Shown one piece after another: positions 1 to 9,891 of a stretch of DNA of 64,000 nucleotides (the first letter of the stretch is position 1; the number at the start of each line of letters is the position of its first letter). This stretch comes from Pseudobacteriovorax antillogorgiicola (GTDB lineage Bacteria > Bdellovibrionota_B > Oligoflexia > Oligoflexales > RGVZ01): positions 93 through 64,092 of the forward strand of contig CAMDHM010000013.1 of the NCBI GenBank assembly GCA_945898195.1, in the 5' to 3' direction. A program made the translations under genes and the position numbers. The notes under the pieces were generated by a model that did not search any database, was not told the DNA's origin, and saw only the letters and a list, made by a program, of their open reading frames with translations.

Positions 1-104
1 CCTTGGGGAATTACCCCATTCTACTTTTCTTGGAGTCCGTTTTCTTGAGGAAGTTCACTACGTAGTCTCCGGTTTTAGTAGCCTCGGCAAACCACTGTTT
101 GATC

Positions 105-614
105 CTACAAATCATCCGCTTCACATTCGTAAAATTCTGACTTCCCGAAGTAGATTGTTTTTCCCGTTCCAGCATCGCTAATGAATATTTTTAACGGAAT
201 CCACCATTCGTCCAGCGTAATTGCTGGGGAAAAAATCAAAAACCGTTCATCCTTTGCCCACTGAGCACTGAAGTATCTGGAAAGAATCTTTGAATTTTTT
301 GTCAAGCGATCTTTCTTGGCATCAGCAATCAGAAAAAGCGCACCCTCGGCAGAACTTTCATTCCATCGAATCTCGTACCGTCTGCTTGGTGAGAGATAGA
401 TATCTTCCACATCGCTCTTAACTATTATGGTTTTTTCCCACGGGGAGTCACAAAGATTAATCGTATTATCCAGGTATTTTTTGGCCCAAACGAGATCTTC
501 AGAATTCCTAAAAAACGCCCGAACCTCGCGGTGACGGTCGTATGACTTGTATACCCAACCAATCGCGCCTGCGACCAGTAACGGGAGCAAAATTTTTAAT
601 TTTTTTGATCGCAA
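105..614 (-). CDS. Hypothetical N-terminally membrane-anchored protein; possible partner/immunity protein of the upstream lysozyme-like gene
   Basis: 169-aa ORF with basic N-terminus and hydrophobic ILLPLLVAGAIGWV; TTG start 2 nt after the stop (617-619) of the extended upstream frame. Confidence 0.65.
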   Translation of the reverse strand: MRSKKLKILLPLLVAGAIGWVYKSYDRHREVRAFFRNSEDLVWAKKYLDNTINLCDSPWEKTIIVKSDVEDIYLSPSRRYEIRWNESSAEGALFLIADAKKDRLTKNSKILSRYFSAQWAKDERFLIFSPAITLDEWWIPLKIFISDAGTGKTIYFGKSEFYECEADDL

Positions 615-616
615 GT

Positions 617-1462
617 TTAATTCCGAAGTTCTCTGGCATACCGCCTCAAGTTTGTCGCAATTTGTGTTCCTCGCGAATTTGCTTGGTCAGAAAATTTACC
701 TCTTGAATAGCATGAGGCCACTTCTGCTGCGGAAGTTCCAAGGTTCCTTCTTTCTCTCAATTTTTCTATAAAACTGAGCTACGCGGCAGCAACCTGGACC
801 GAAACCTTATCATCAAGCAATAAGTCATAGAGCTCACTTTGGGAAATATTTGGATCAGCGGAATAATATCTTTTTTTGATAAGGTCTCGCGCCGTTGACA
901 TCCTGATTTGAGCGAGCCCAACGGTTGTATCAACTATGCCCATTTTCCCTAAAACGTCCAGGAGATCATCGGGTCCAACGCGGGCGATCTCATCAATCAA
1001 TATGGCCGCGAGCAGATTGGGATCGACCTCATATTTTTCGGCAGCTAAATTAATCGCATTTAATAATGGGCGAAGGCGTTTGATGACGTCTTTTTTTGGT
1101 ATCCGTGCTATGCCGCTAATATACACCAATTCATCGCGCTTGAATTTTTTCTCTAGAAATTTCCCGTATGCATCAGCATATAACGACACACGCTCATTTT
1201 CTTCCGGCAATTTGATTTGTTTGGAGAGGCTGCCGGCAGGAACGGAAAGAGATACAAGGTTGTCCTCTTTCGCATTGTTATTGTTGCTGCGTATGTACGT
1301 GCCACTTAGTCCATTAACGAGATGCACTCCCTTCAAAACCCCTCGTTTAATCAAGGCAATAGCTTCCTTAAGAAGCAAATACTGAAAGTCATCTGTAACA
1401 AAAGCCTGGCTGGCGCCCCGTGAATTCGTAATAACCAAAATAATTTGTTTAAAGGTAGCCAC
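617..1462 (-). pseudogene. DUF3892-like N-domain fused to lysozyme-like/lytic transglycosylase domain, interrupted by an in-frame TAG at 779-781
   Basis: GGGGAG RBS before GTG at 1462; EAIALIKRG..VHLVNG..YIRSN..DNLVSL resembles DUF3892; AAEKYEVDPNLLAAILIDE and VGLAQI are SLT-like; frame continues AAA*LSFIEKLRERR..ARELRN to TAA at 617. Confidence 0.65.
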
Positions 1463-1911
1463 AAGAACTCCCCATTGAAAAATCCCTGACAATTTGACCA
1501 CAAAAACTTTCCACAAATCTGCACGAAAACTCCCGCCATCTTTGGCCGGCGGTGTGGTTCAAAATTCAGTTGGTAATTGAAAGAAAATAGAAACTGCTGG
1601 CGGAGAGAGGTACTCGACTTTAGAACTGACTGCATCGCATGGGCAGCCTGACCTATCTCCCCGGAAAAACTATATATCCCTCCTCACTTCGCACCAAGCC
1701 TTTTGTTCCCACAGCGTTCTACAGGCTATTCTCGCGCGGCTTTCATGTTCTCGCATGTTCTCCGATCCCCTAGCCGCCAAAACGCCTTAATAGGAAGACC
1801 TGTGCAGCCTGTGTTGGTGTGTTGTTGGGGCGGGGTAGAACGGAGCTTGTTACCCCAAGGTTACACGCCATGCGGGCAATCCACAGCGGTACCGTCGTCT
1901 CCGGAAACCTC

Positions 1912-2787
1912 TCATCCGGTGGAGCCGTAGTTCACAATCAATAACTCTCCAATATTTCGTTCTTGCGACTTCAGATTGATCTCTCGTCGAGCACTGACCC
2001 CTATGAATCGGTACCGAGCATAAAGACCGCGAACAAATGGAGTATCGCTATTGCTAACCGCCCATCGGACGCCGCGTTGATCTAGTTCGTTGCAAAGAGC
2101 CGCTAGGCGGACATGATCCTTTGCTCGGAACTGGTCAGGAGTATAACGGTTGAAGTCAGAATATCCGCCCAGCTTGTAGTAAGGCGGATCGAAATAGACA
2201 AAATCGCCTTCATCAACACCAAGAATACCGCTTTCGAAGTCACCCTTATGAAGCTCCGCCTTTTTTAAGTATTGTGATGCTCGCTTCAAATTCTCAGGGT
2301 CGTAGTAGCGACGATCATACGCACCATAGGGGACGTTAAATTCGCCCTTGCGATTTACTCTAAATAAACCGCGAAAGCATGTCTTGTTCAGGTAAATAAA
2401 TTGTGCTGCGCGTCGATGCAGTTCAAGCGATTCCGGTCTAATTTTTCGAACATGAAGAAATTCTTCCTTCGTATTTTTGAAGGAATCAAGATGAGTTGCA
2501 ACTTGTGCCCAATCGTCTCGAATAGCGGTGTATGTGTCAATCAACCAGCCGTTTGAATCTGTAAGCGTGGCCTCAATCGGATTGAGTTCAAAAAAAACCG
2601 ACCCGCCTCCGAGAAAAGGCTCAAAGTATTTCCCAGAGAGAGGCGGGAAATGCACAGCCAAAGAACTGGCAAGTGCCTGTTTGCCTCCAGCCCATTTGAT
2701 AAATGCCGTTGCTGTGCCAACTTCTGCTGTACTCATCCGATGACTCTGTCCTTTTTCTTTATTCTCAAGCGTGTTAGTCATTGGCAA
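1912..2787 (-). CDS. dam: DNA adenine methyltransferase, Dam/DpnM (D12) family, probably GATC
   Basis: FIKWAGGK, YFEPFLGGGS, GLFRVNRKGEFNVPYG and DPPY motifs; true start may be a downstream ATG. Confidence 0.92.
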   Translation of the reverse strand: MPMTNTLENKEKGQSHRMSTAEVGTATAFIKWAGGKQALASSLAVHFPPLSGKYFEPFLGGGSVFFELNPIEATLTDSNGWLIDTYTAIRDDWAQVATHLDSFKNTKEEFLHVRKIRPESLELHRRAAQFIYLNKTCFRGLFRVNRKGEFNVPYGAYDRRYYDPENLKRASQYLKKAELHKGDFESGILGVDEGDFVYFDPPYYKLGGYSDFNRYTPDQFRAKDHVRLAALCNELDQRGVRWAVSNSDTPFVRGLYARYRFIGVSARREINLKSQERNIGELLIVNYGSTG

Positions 2788-2963
2788 TATCTTGCAGTCA
2801 TATCAGCATGATACGATGGCGTCAAGGCAGACGCAACCCGACTATACACTGAGTTAGACGACTTGAAGGTGCAAATCAAGTGACATCAATCGTTTTCGCC
2901 ATGAAGGATTTTGCCAATCAGCGACCAAGATATGCACACGCTACCATCCTATGAGGTCGTTCA

Positions 2964-3794
2964 GTGAAGACTGACATTGACAAGAGTGCCCGTTGGAGAA
3001 AATTAGGATGGTCTAGCCCGTTTTGGGAGCTTGTTAGATTCTATTGCTCCTTGCGTGGGAATGAGCAAAAGAAATTCTTACTTGACCTTAAAACGAAGGG
3101 CGGGTCCCCCTCTGCGACGCTGACCCTCTTGGGTTTATCTCCGGAGTCTATTGAGACTCTCACGGACTATATTCAGTATCGAACAGAACGGCTTGCTTCA
3201 GCAATCTCGAATCTCCGCTCTGAAGAAGAGGCGTTAGCTTACTGCAAGGCTGGCAACATTTCCTGGGTGGTTACCAAGACAAAAAGCAGGGATCACCACC
3301 AGTCCTCTCGCTGCATGATTGCTACGGTTTCCCACATTGCTGGCGAAGTCTGCTCTTCGTTCAAAATTGGCTTCGAAATCAGTCCTCAGCGACGGTGTGT
3401 GTGGAACAGAAGTGGTCACCTCCATGTTTCTGTCAGAAACTTAGACGGAGCGGTGCCTGGATTGCAGAACCCGTTCATTATTTGGGAAATTAAGGAATAT
3501 TGGGGCAAGACGAGTGGCGGAAGCAAAATGAGCGACGCGGTGTATGAATGCCATCTTGTCGGGAAAGAAATTCGGGACTGCGAACAGCGTGCCTCGATAA
3601 AGATATTTCATGCAGTCTTTGTCGATGGTCGTGAGCAATGGCTGAGTAGGAAGTCCGACCTTGCGCGTTTTTTAGACCTTGAAAGCCAGGGGCTGATTGA
3701 TCATTTATTTGTCGGACGTGACGTAGAGACGCAGTGGGAAAAAGTTCTTAAGACGGTCCTAAAAGAAGCTGCGGCAAAGAAACCCAACCCCTAA
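2964..3794 (+). CDS. Putative type II restriction endonuclease (PD-(D/E)XK-like)
   Basis: LDGAVP..WEIKEY catalytic-like motif; divergent from the MTase inside a mobile island. Confidence 0.65.
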   Translation: MKTDIDKSARWRKLGWSSPFWELVRFYCSLRGNEQKKFLLDLKTKGGSPSATLTLLGLSPESIETLTDYIQYRTERLASAISNLRSEEEALAYCKAGNISWVVTKTKSRDHHQSSRCMIATVSHIAGEVCSSFKIGFEISPQRRCVWNRSGHLHVSVRNLDGAVPGLQNPFIIWEIKEYWGKTSGGSKMSDAVYECHLVGKEIRDCEQRASIKIFHAVFVDGREQWLSRKSDLARFLDLESQGLIDHLFVGRDVETQWEKVLKTVLKEAAAKKPNP

Positions 3795-3797
3795 GAG

Positions 3798-3821
3798 GGG
3801 GGTGTAAGACGTTTTGTGTAA
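3798..3821 (+). mobile_element. Orphan IS256-family-like terminal inverted repeat
   Basis: GGGGG-TGT-AAGACGTTT-TGTGTAA fits the N5-TGT-N9-TGTGTAA geometry I recall for IS256-family ends; no partner end or IS256 transposase seen. Confidence 0.45.
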
Positions 3822-3951
3822 CCAGTCCTTTACGGGGATAGACTACGCCTCCATCTCTAGGGCACGTTCGCCATTAAGTTGAAAAACCCAGCGTTTTTCT
3901 TCTCTTCATCGCCAATGAAGAGCTGTGTGTCTCCGCGTCTGACGTACATTT

Positions 3952-4980
3952 ATGTCATATCAATCAGCACATAAAAAAAATTCAGGAGTGCAACTCGCCA
4001 TGACCTGTCGCGAGAAAACGCGAAAACGTCTAACTGGGGTAGAGTCGCGCTATCGTCAATTGCTCGGCGCACTTGTATTGATGGCGACTCGTGGCTGCAA
4101 CTATCGGGACGCCGAGGATTTGATTTCTTTCTACGCGCCGGCACGGTATCTCTGCGATTTGATGAACTCCGATATCGGTCTCGATCATGTGACCATCTTC
4201 GAATTCACCGAAATGTTTGGGCCGACAGGGATGGAGTCGATCAACAAAGTGATTCTTCAGCATGCTGTAAAAGCAGGACTTTGCAAACCGAAGATAATGA
4301 TGAGTGATACCACGGCCCAAGAGGCGAGAATTCCATATCCCATTGAAGCTGGCTTGATGAACCGCTTCACGTCTGTCGCGAGTCGAACCGTAGAAAAAAT
4401 GCGCGGCAAATTCGACGCCATCAAGACAGAAGTAAAAGAGGCATCAGCAAGAGTGCGGGGCTTACTCCGGAACTCGCACTTGTCTGCCAAGGGGCGGGAT
4501 CAAACGCGTAAGATCGAGCGGAAGATGTACCATACCGTCAAAGAGATCCAGAAAAAGATTGCGTCGATAATCGAGTCTGGCGCATCTGTCAAAAGTCGAT
4601 GTGGCCAGGAATTAAAAAAGATGAACTTGGCCATGAAGCGGCGGCTTCGTGCAAGGGTTTACTTTGGAGAATCGAAAACACGGTTGTGGACACGGCGTTT
4701 TGCAAACATTTGCTTTGCAAAAAAGTCAGGGGTCAAGCACGTGGGTATTGCGCCCCGCGGCAAGCGAGCCTGACCGGTGACCCAGAAAATGGCGGAACGC
4801 ATTCGATGCGAGCGGGCCCAGGCAGAAGGATCGATAGGCACGATAAAATCATCACGCTACGGCTTCACAACACCACGAGCATTCAGCTCTGCGGCATTGG
4901 AGAGGTGCGGGCATCGTCCGATTTTGGGATTCAACATGAGGAAAATGGTAGTTCTAGCCGCTGCAATGGCGCCGGCGTGA
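3952..4980 (+). pseudogene. IS5-family transposase remnant
   Basis: DHVTIFEF, SDTTAQEARIPYP and C-terminal RAQAEGSIGTIK motifs; in-frame TGA at 4771-4773; too short for an intact enzyme. Confidence 0.75.
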
Positions 4981-5050
4981 TGCGAAGCCTCGGCGGAACA
5001 GCTGAATAAGCTGCCGAGAAGAGGAAAACGAATCCAGAAAATGGCGTAGG

Positions 5051-5413
5051 CTCGGTCCAAACGCCGGGCGTCACGTGACCAAAGTCGGCACTGGTTTTGG
5101 CTACTACGAAGAAACTCCTCTCGCTAAAGGACGTCTCTGTTATTCGGTCAACTGATTTTCACTGCATTGCAATACCGTGGTAAATACTCACTCTCGCGAC
5201 GGCCTTCGCAAGCTTGTGGAATATATGGCACGCGCTCCGCTATTAAATGAGCGCTTGGAGCTGCTGCCTGACGGCAAAGTAAAGCTGAAGCTCAAAAACC
5301 TGTGGCACGACGGGACTTCGCACCTTGTGCTGACGCCGAGTGAGTTTCTTGAAAAACTCGCCGCCATTGTCCCGCCGCCTCGCGCCCATTTGGTGAAGTG
5401 GGGCGGTAGTTGA
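5051..5413 (+). pseudogene. IS91/ISCR-family (Y2 HUH) rolling-circle transposase, C-terminal fragment
   Basis: GPNAGRHV..SVN*FSLHC..LVEYMARAP..ERL..DGKV.LKLK..WHDGTSHLVLTP.EFLEKLAAIVPPPRAHL; TGA at 5153-5155 replaces the G of NGFSLH. Confidence 0.85.
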
Positions 5414-5509
5414 GATATTGATCGGTTTTAGGGGGGAGAATTTACGCAGCTAGAGGTTTGGGGCGCGAAAACGTTGGCGGGAACGGCTGCGGGATAGATC
5501 GTGAAGTGT

Positions 5510-5526
5510 GCTTGAATTTCCTACAA
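5510..5526 (+). repeat. oriIS-like 17-mer, copy 1 (GCTTGAATTTCCTACAA)
   Basis: About 100 bp downstream of the IS91 relic; resembles ISCR oriIS ends (TTGAA(C/T)TTCCTATAC); exact second copy at 6930-6946. Confidence 0.75.
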
Positions 5527-5651
5527 TCTTTATCCAGTCCACATGGACACTAGCATGTTCCTCGATGCGTTCCCGCGAACGAGCCGATGGAAGTTGTGAT
5601 GTCGATCATGGAGCGCTTACGTTTAAAGCGGTATTACAGGTTTTGTGTGCC

Positions 5652-5711
5652 TTGCAATGAGGTGCAGATGAGGTTATCATGAAAATTCGAAGTCCCATGT
5701 CGGATTTTCAT
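5652..5711 (+). promoter_or_regulatory. Sigma70 promoter with overlapping 12-9-12 inverted repeat (operator-like)
   Basis: TTGCAA(5652)-17 nt-TATCAT(5675); ATGAAAATTCGA-N9-TCGGATTTTCAT (5679-5711), one mismatch. Confidence 0.65.
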
Positions 5712-5724
5712 AGGCGACTGTAAC

Positions 5725-6900
5725 ATGCTGATACGAAACAAATATTTGCAATCAATTCATAGTAGCCTGCGTCAATTCCCTATTGTGGCGCTGCTGGGCC
5801 CGCGGCAATGTGGCAAAACGACGTTGGCGAGAGAGGTAGCTAACACTCAGACCGCAGCGCGTTTGAGCAGGCTCAATTATTTTGATTTGGAAGACTCGGA
5901 GGATCTGGCTCGGCTGGAGGATCCCAAGCTAGCCCTTAGCTCTCTTTCTGGTCTTGTGGTGATTGATGAGATCCAACGAATGCCGGGCCTGTTTAAAACA
6001 CTGCGATTTTTGGCTGATCGGCAAGACTCGACAACGAAATTTCTGATACTTGGTAGTGCAAGTCGAGACCTCATTCAGCAATCGAGCGAGTCACTGGCGG
6101 GGCGTGTTTGTTATGTGGAAATCACACCGTTTCAAATGGCAGAACTTCCGTCGAGTGACAATAGCTGCTTGTGGCTGCGCGGTGGATTTCCAAAAAGTTT
6201 TTATGCATCTTCTGAACAAGAAAGCTGGATTTGGCGAAACGAATACATCCGGACCTACCTGGAACAGGATCTACCAAATTTGGGCGTCCGTATTCCACCT
6301 ATGCATATTCGACGTTTTTGGATGATGCTATCACATTTTCATGGCCAAATATTCAACGCGTCCCAGCTCGCGTCTTCCTTGGATATAAGTGATCATACAG
6401 TTAAGCGGTACCTCGATATTCTTACTGGCACCTTCATGGTGCGGCAGCTCCAACCATGGTTTGAAAACACAAAGAAGCGGCAAATAAAATCGCCTAAAAT
6501 TTATTTTCGAGATTCTGGAATTTTTCATTTCTTGCAAGGAATTCAAAATCACGAAAGCCTGCTGACTAACCCAAAGCTCGGCGCGTCGTGGGAAGGGTTT
6601 GCTCTAGAACAAGTGATATATAAGTTACGCGCCACCCCTGAAGAAGCCTATTTCTGGGGTGTCCATGGAGCAGGTGAGTTGGATTTATTAATCGTGAAAG
6701 GCGGGAAACGAATAGGATTTGAAATAAAGCACACCAGCAGTCCAACACTTACTCATTCCATTAAATTGGCAATCGACGAATTGAAACTAGACCAGTTTTT
6801 TGTGATTTTTAATGGTTCAAAAAAATTTCAAATGGCTGACAAAGTTGTTGCGTGTCCGCTGCCCGAATTTATTTTGGATGAGTTTGAGCAAGATTTTTAA
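5725..6900 (+). CDS. AAA_14 ATPase with DUF4143 and C-terminal nuclease-like domain
   Basis: GPRQCGKTT Walker A, VIDEIQ Walker B, GSAS, ESLAGR, RGGFP, KSPKIYFRDSG, ELDLL..GFEIK. Confidence 0.92.
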   Translation: MLIRNKYLQSIHSSLRQFPIVALLGPRQCGKTTLAREVANTQTAARLSRLNYFDLEDSEDLARLEDPKLALSSLSGLVVIDEIQRMPGLFKTLRFLADRQDSTTKFLILGSASRDLIQQSSESLAGRVCYVEITPFQMAELPSSDNSCLWLRGGFPKSFYASSEQESWIWRNEYIRTYLEQDLPNLGVRIPPMHIRRFWMMLSHFHGQIFNASQLASSLDISDHTVKRYLDILTGTFMVRQLQPWFENTKKRQIKSPKIYFRDSGIFHFLQGIQNHESLLTNPKLGASWEGFALEQVIYKLRATPEEAYFWGVHGAGELDLLIVKGGKRIGFEIKHTSSPTLTHSIKLAIDELKLDQFFVIFNGSKKFQMADKVVACPLPEFILDEFEQDF

Positions 6901-6929
6901 TGGAGAAACTAGTTGTTATGTTGATTTGA

Positions 6930-6946
6930 GCTTGAATTTCCTACAA
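6930..6946 (+). repeat. oriIS-like 17-mer, copy 2 (direct repeat)
   Basis: Exact GCTTGAATTTCCTACAA 29 bp after the ATPase stop; marks the island's right edge. Confidence 0.75.
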
Positions 6947-6994
6947 ACGTTAACTCCCTTTATTTTTCCTAGTTTCGACCTTGAATCACTCTAT

Positions 6995-8254
6995 TTAAAA
7001 ACGATCGATATTGCGCGCGACGATGACAGCAGCCAGGAATTTCGGCACGTAGTCGACAGTTTCTTTCGGTAGTTGTCCGACAAGATGCCAAAAATCAGCG
7101 ACCCGTGATTGTTTGATGGTGCTGGCAATCTGAAAACGCTGAACCCGATTTTGGCCGCTATTATACGACGCGATCGCCAGCAAATAGCGCTGACTCCCGA
7201 AAGTCCGAATTAGCAAATTTAGATAAGCAGCGGCCGCCCTTGAACTTTTCACCGGGTCTGAACGTTCGTCAATTTTTCGGCTCAGATCGACCCGCAATCC
7301 ATACTCCCTGGCCGTCGCTGGCATGAGTTGCCAAAGTCCCCGAGCCCCAACCGGCGACATCGCCTCAATGTCATAACCTGACTCGATCCAGACAAGATAA
7401 CCAAGTTCCACGGGCAAATTTTGCTCGCGCAAGGCAACTTCTATTGGCTCGATAAACTTCTCACGGCGGCGCAGCAGGTCCTTGTGGTACCCGCGGACCG
7501 TAAACTTTGAAATCCAGAATTGGACCTTTGCGATGAAAGCATCATCCATAATCGACGGTGGGGTCTCACCGAATCTCACCGAGATATTTACGATTTCGTC
7601 CCAAATAAAATTCTTGTCTGGAGGGGCATTAACGATCCCATCTCCGGCAGGTTTCTTGATCTCCCGTGAAACCGGCGTAAGAGCCCGAAGTTCCACGGCA
7701 GGTTGCCGATCAACTCCGGACCGAAGATCCAAAACACCAACCCCAGTGAAAACCCCAAGAGCGAGGGCCAGACCGAACATGATACCAATCGAAACTGTCT
7801 TTATGCGATTCCCAGGACGCCAAGTAACATCACCGAATATTTTAGCCTCTTCGATATCAGATGGCCGTCTCCGTGACGACAAGCGGCTCATCGATGACAA
7901 CCTTCGCCTGAGGTGGCCCGTCATCCGGCTTGGCTGCAGGGCGTCCCAGATGCTACATTGAAAGGTCGATGTCTCTCCAACAGTAACCCTGTCCCCAGCT
8001 CGCAGTTTAGAAGTTTTGCGAAGTTGTTTTCCATTCAGGCGACTACCACCGTCGGAACCAAGGTCTTTGACCAGAACCTTGCCCGGGGCTCTGTAATAAA
8101 TACAAATATGCTTCTCAGCAATTGTGGGATCAGCTGGAACGACGGCTCCGCAGGTTGGGTCGGAGCCAACATAAAATAGCTCACCAGGTCCAATAGAATA
8201 GCTTTGTCCGCTAAGCGGACCAGAAATAAAACGAATGGTTACACGATCTGCCAC
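6995..8254 (-). CDS. FHA domain - TM - MltD-like lytic transglycosylase
   Basis: N-terminal FHA (DLGSDGGSRLNG..LRAGDRVTVG); TM IGIMFGLALALGVFTGVGV; SLT motifs IESGY, GARGLWQLMPATA, AAAAYL, ASYNSG, ETVDYVPKFLA. Confidence 0.88.
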   Translation of the reverse strand: MADRVTIRFISGPLSGQSYSIGPGELFYVGSDPTCGAVVPADPTIAEKHICIYYRAPGKVLVKDLGSDGGSRLNGKQLRKTSKLRAGDRVTVGETSTFQCSIWDALQPSRMTGHLRRRLSSMSRLSSRRRPSDIEEAKIFGDVTWRPGNRIKTVSIGIMFGLALALGVFTGVGVLDLRSGVDRQPAVELRALTPVSREIKKPAGDGIVNAPPDKNFIWDEIVNISVRFGETPPSIMDDAFIAKVQFWISKFTVRGYHKDLLRRREKFIEPIEVALREQNLPVELGYLVWIESGYDIEAMSPVGARGLWQLMPATAREYGLRVDLSRKIDERSDPVKSSRAAAAYLNLLIRTFGSQRYLLAIASYNSGQNRVQRFQIASTIKQSRVADFWHLVGQLPKETVDYVPKFLAAVIVARNIDRF

Positions 8255-8257
8255 CGT

Positions 8258-9883
8258 TCACCCCGCAACTGCATCCTCGGTTTCCGGACGAACCTCAAAT
8301 CGCAAATACATATTACCAATCTTCAAAACATCTCCATGGCAGATGAGCCTTGGTTCTGACAAAACAAAACCATTGACGCAGTCCTGTGGTCTTCTACCTA
8401 CTGCGGAAGGAAAAAGTTTCAATTGAGCTTTCCAGTTTTCAACCGTGATTTCAGCATGCTTGCGGCGTACTTTTCTGCTTTCAGGTAAATGAATACCGCA
8501 ACCGCCGGAGGTTCCTATTAAATTTCGCCCTTGCTTTACCGGAAGCACCATTCCAACGTTAGGACCACTAAGCACCGACAGCCAGCCCGCAAGGTCACTA
8601 TCGCGATATGGACAATTGCTAAAACTTCGCTTCACACGAAGGCCGCATGTCCTGCAACGGACCGTCCGAAGCCAGAGACGAAATCCAAGCCAAATATAAC
8701 GGACAACAAAACCAAGGGCAGTCAAAAGTACCAAGCAAAGGACGCCTCCGACGGCCCTCTCCGTCGCATTCAGGTCCAAAATTCCTGTGATTAGCTTCTC
8801 TCTCGTGCTCCGCGATTTATCAAACTGCGCTATATTTTCTTGCCACCGCCGTGGCAACGGTACAGATAGCAATCCCGACGACACGGATTGCCCGTGATAC
8901 CCCACCATCAGATTAAAGTAGGACACATTGCCTTCCGCTATGGCGCTCCTTCCATCCCAGGTGCCAATGAGTGGAAATAGATTGAATGTCGCTACGTATT
9001 CCTCATTTAAATTCGCAAGAACGTTCAGGAGTGCTGGAAACAGATCGACGCGCGACGAAACTTTTTGAATGAATCCGCCAGACATCAATTCCGGGCGAAG
9101 GAAAGGTGCCTCAGCTGATACGCCAGCGCCAGGTATCCGGTCTGCTCGCAATAGATAGACCGCAACATCATCAGCTGCGAGTTGGGAAAGGCAATCCTCA
9201 AGCGTTCGAATGCGCTCCCTCGAAGTTTCGGTTGGATTAGCCAATAGAATCAGGGCCTTTTGCTCGCCGGTCTTTGGCGCATAGCGCGACCACTCCTTGT
9301 ATTTTTTCGACGCGGCACAAACCAGCTCGCTTACCCCGGTAGAATTACCCTTAGGTTCAGCGTCAAGTAGCTTTCTTTGCAACGCACGAACATTGTCAGC
9401 TTCATCGGGAGTTGTCCCGGCCAACTCGCGCTGACCCTGCGATGAAACCGAAATGATCGATAAAAATTCGCTGCGGGTAAGCGGCAGATTCTCTGCAATC
9501 GTTTGCTGAAACTCCTGCAAGGCAGATTGCTGAATATTTGTGGCGAATGGGAGGGCGATCACCAGACGACGGGTTCTTGATTGCGATGCACTCCCAAAAG
9601 TTGTCAGAGACTCTGGCTTGATTTGCGTTTTGGTGGATCGGCCCAACTCCAAGATAAATGCGTCACGGTCCACGGTGGTAATGGGAAATGAAACATTGTT
9701 CTCAGATTCGAAAACCCGACCGTAAATAACCAGCTTGAATTCTTCCGTCGGCTCTAAACTTCGCACAACGATGTTTTTTGTCGCGGCCAAGGCGACGATC
9801 GGGGACATAAAAAAAGTGGCCGTCAAAAACGGAATAAACAATAGGTTAAAAACGCGAGTCATTTTCGTCGCCATGAATTTCAT
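8258..9883 (-). CDS. Signal peptide - VWA-like extracytoplasmic domain - TM - Cys motif - FHA protein
   Basis: Signal ending ALA; alpha/beta pattern (KALILLA, VAVYLL); TM near residues 378-395; CRTC..CPY; C-terminal FHA (GWLSVLSGPNVG..NLIG..HAEI..GDVLKIG). Confidence 0.75.
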   Translation of the reverse strand: MKFMATKMTRVFNLLFIPFLTATFFMSPIVALAATKNIVVRSLEPTEEFKLVIYGRVFESENNVSFPITTVDRDAFILELGRSTKTQIKPESLTTFGSASQSRTRRLVIALPFATNIQQSALQEFQQTIAENLPLTRSEFLSIISVSSQGQRELAGTTPDEADNVRALQRKLLDAEPKGNSTGVSELVCAASKKYKEWSRYAPKTGEQKALILLANPTETSRERIRTLEDCLSQLAADDVAVYLLRADRIPGAGVSAEAPFLRPELMSGGFIQKVSSRVDLFPALLNVLANLNEEYVATFNLFPLIGTWDGRSAIAEGNVSYFNLMVGYHGQSVSSGLLSVPLPRRWQENIAQFDKSRSTREKLITGILDLNATERAVGGVLCLVLLTALGFVVRYIWLGFRLWLRTVRCRTCGLRVKRSFSNCPYRDSDLAGWLSVLSGPNVGMVLPVKQGRNLIGTSGGCGIHLPESRKVRRKHAEITVENWKAQLKLFPSAVGRRPQDCVNGFVLSEPRLICHGDVLKIGNMYLRFEVRPETEDAVAG

Positions 9884-9891
9884 TCGGAGTC

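Noticed and set aside
1741-1770. Sequence resembling the 24701 sigma28-like promoter (ATGTTCTC..CTCCGATCCC)
   Set aside because: Spacing is 1 nt short and no credible + strand gene lies downstream
1786-1805. Third oriIS-like site on the minus strand (GGTCTTCCTATT)
   Set aside because: Only the TTCCTA core matches; too short to distinguish from chance
1820-3797. R-M pair as an integron cassette (GTTGGGG ... ACCCAAC near the stop)
   Set aside because: Only short core-like motifs; no complete attC hairpin and no integrase in the window
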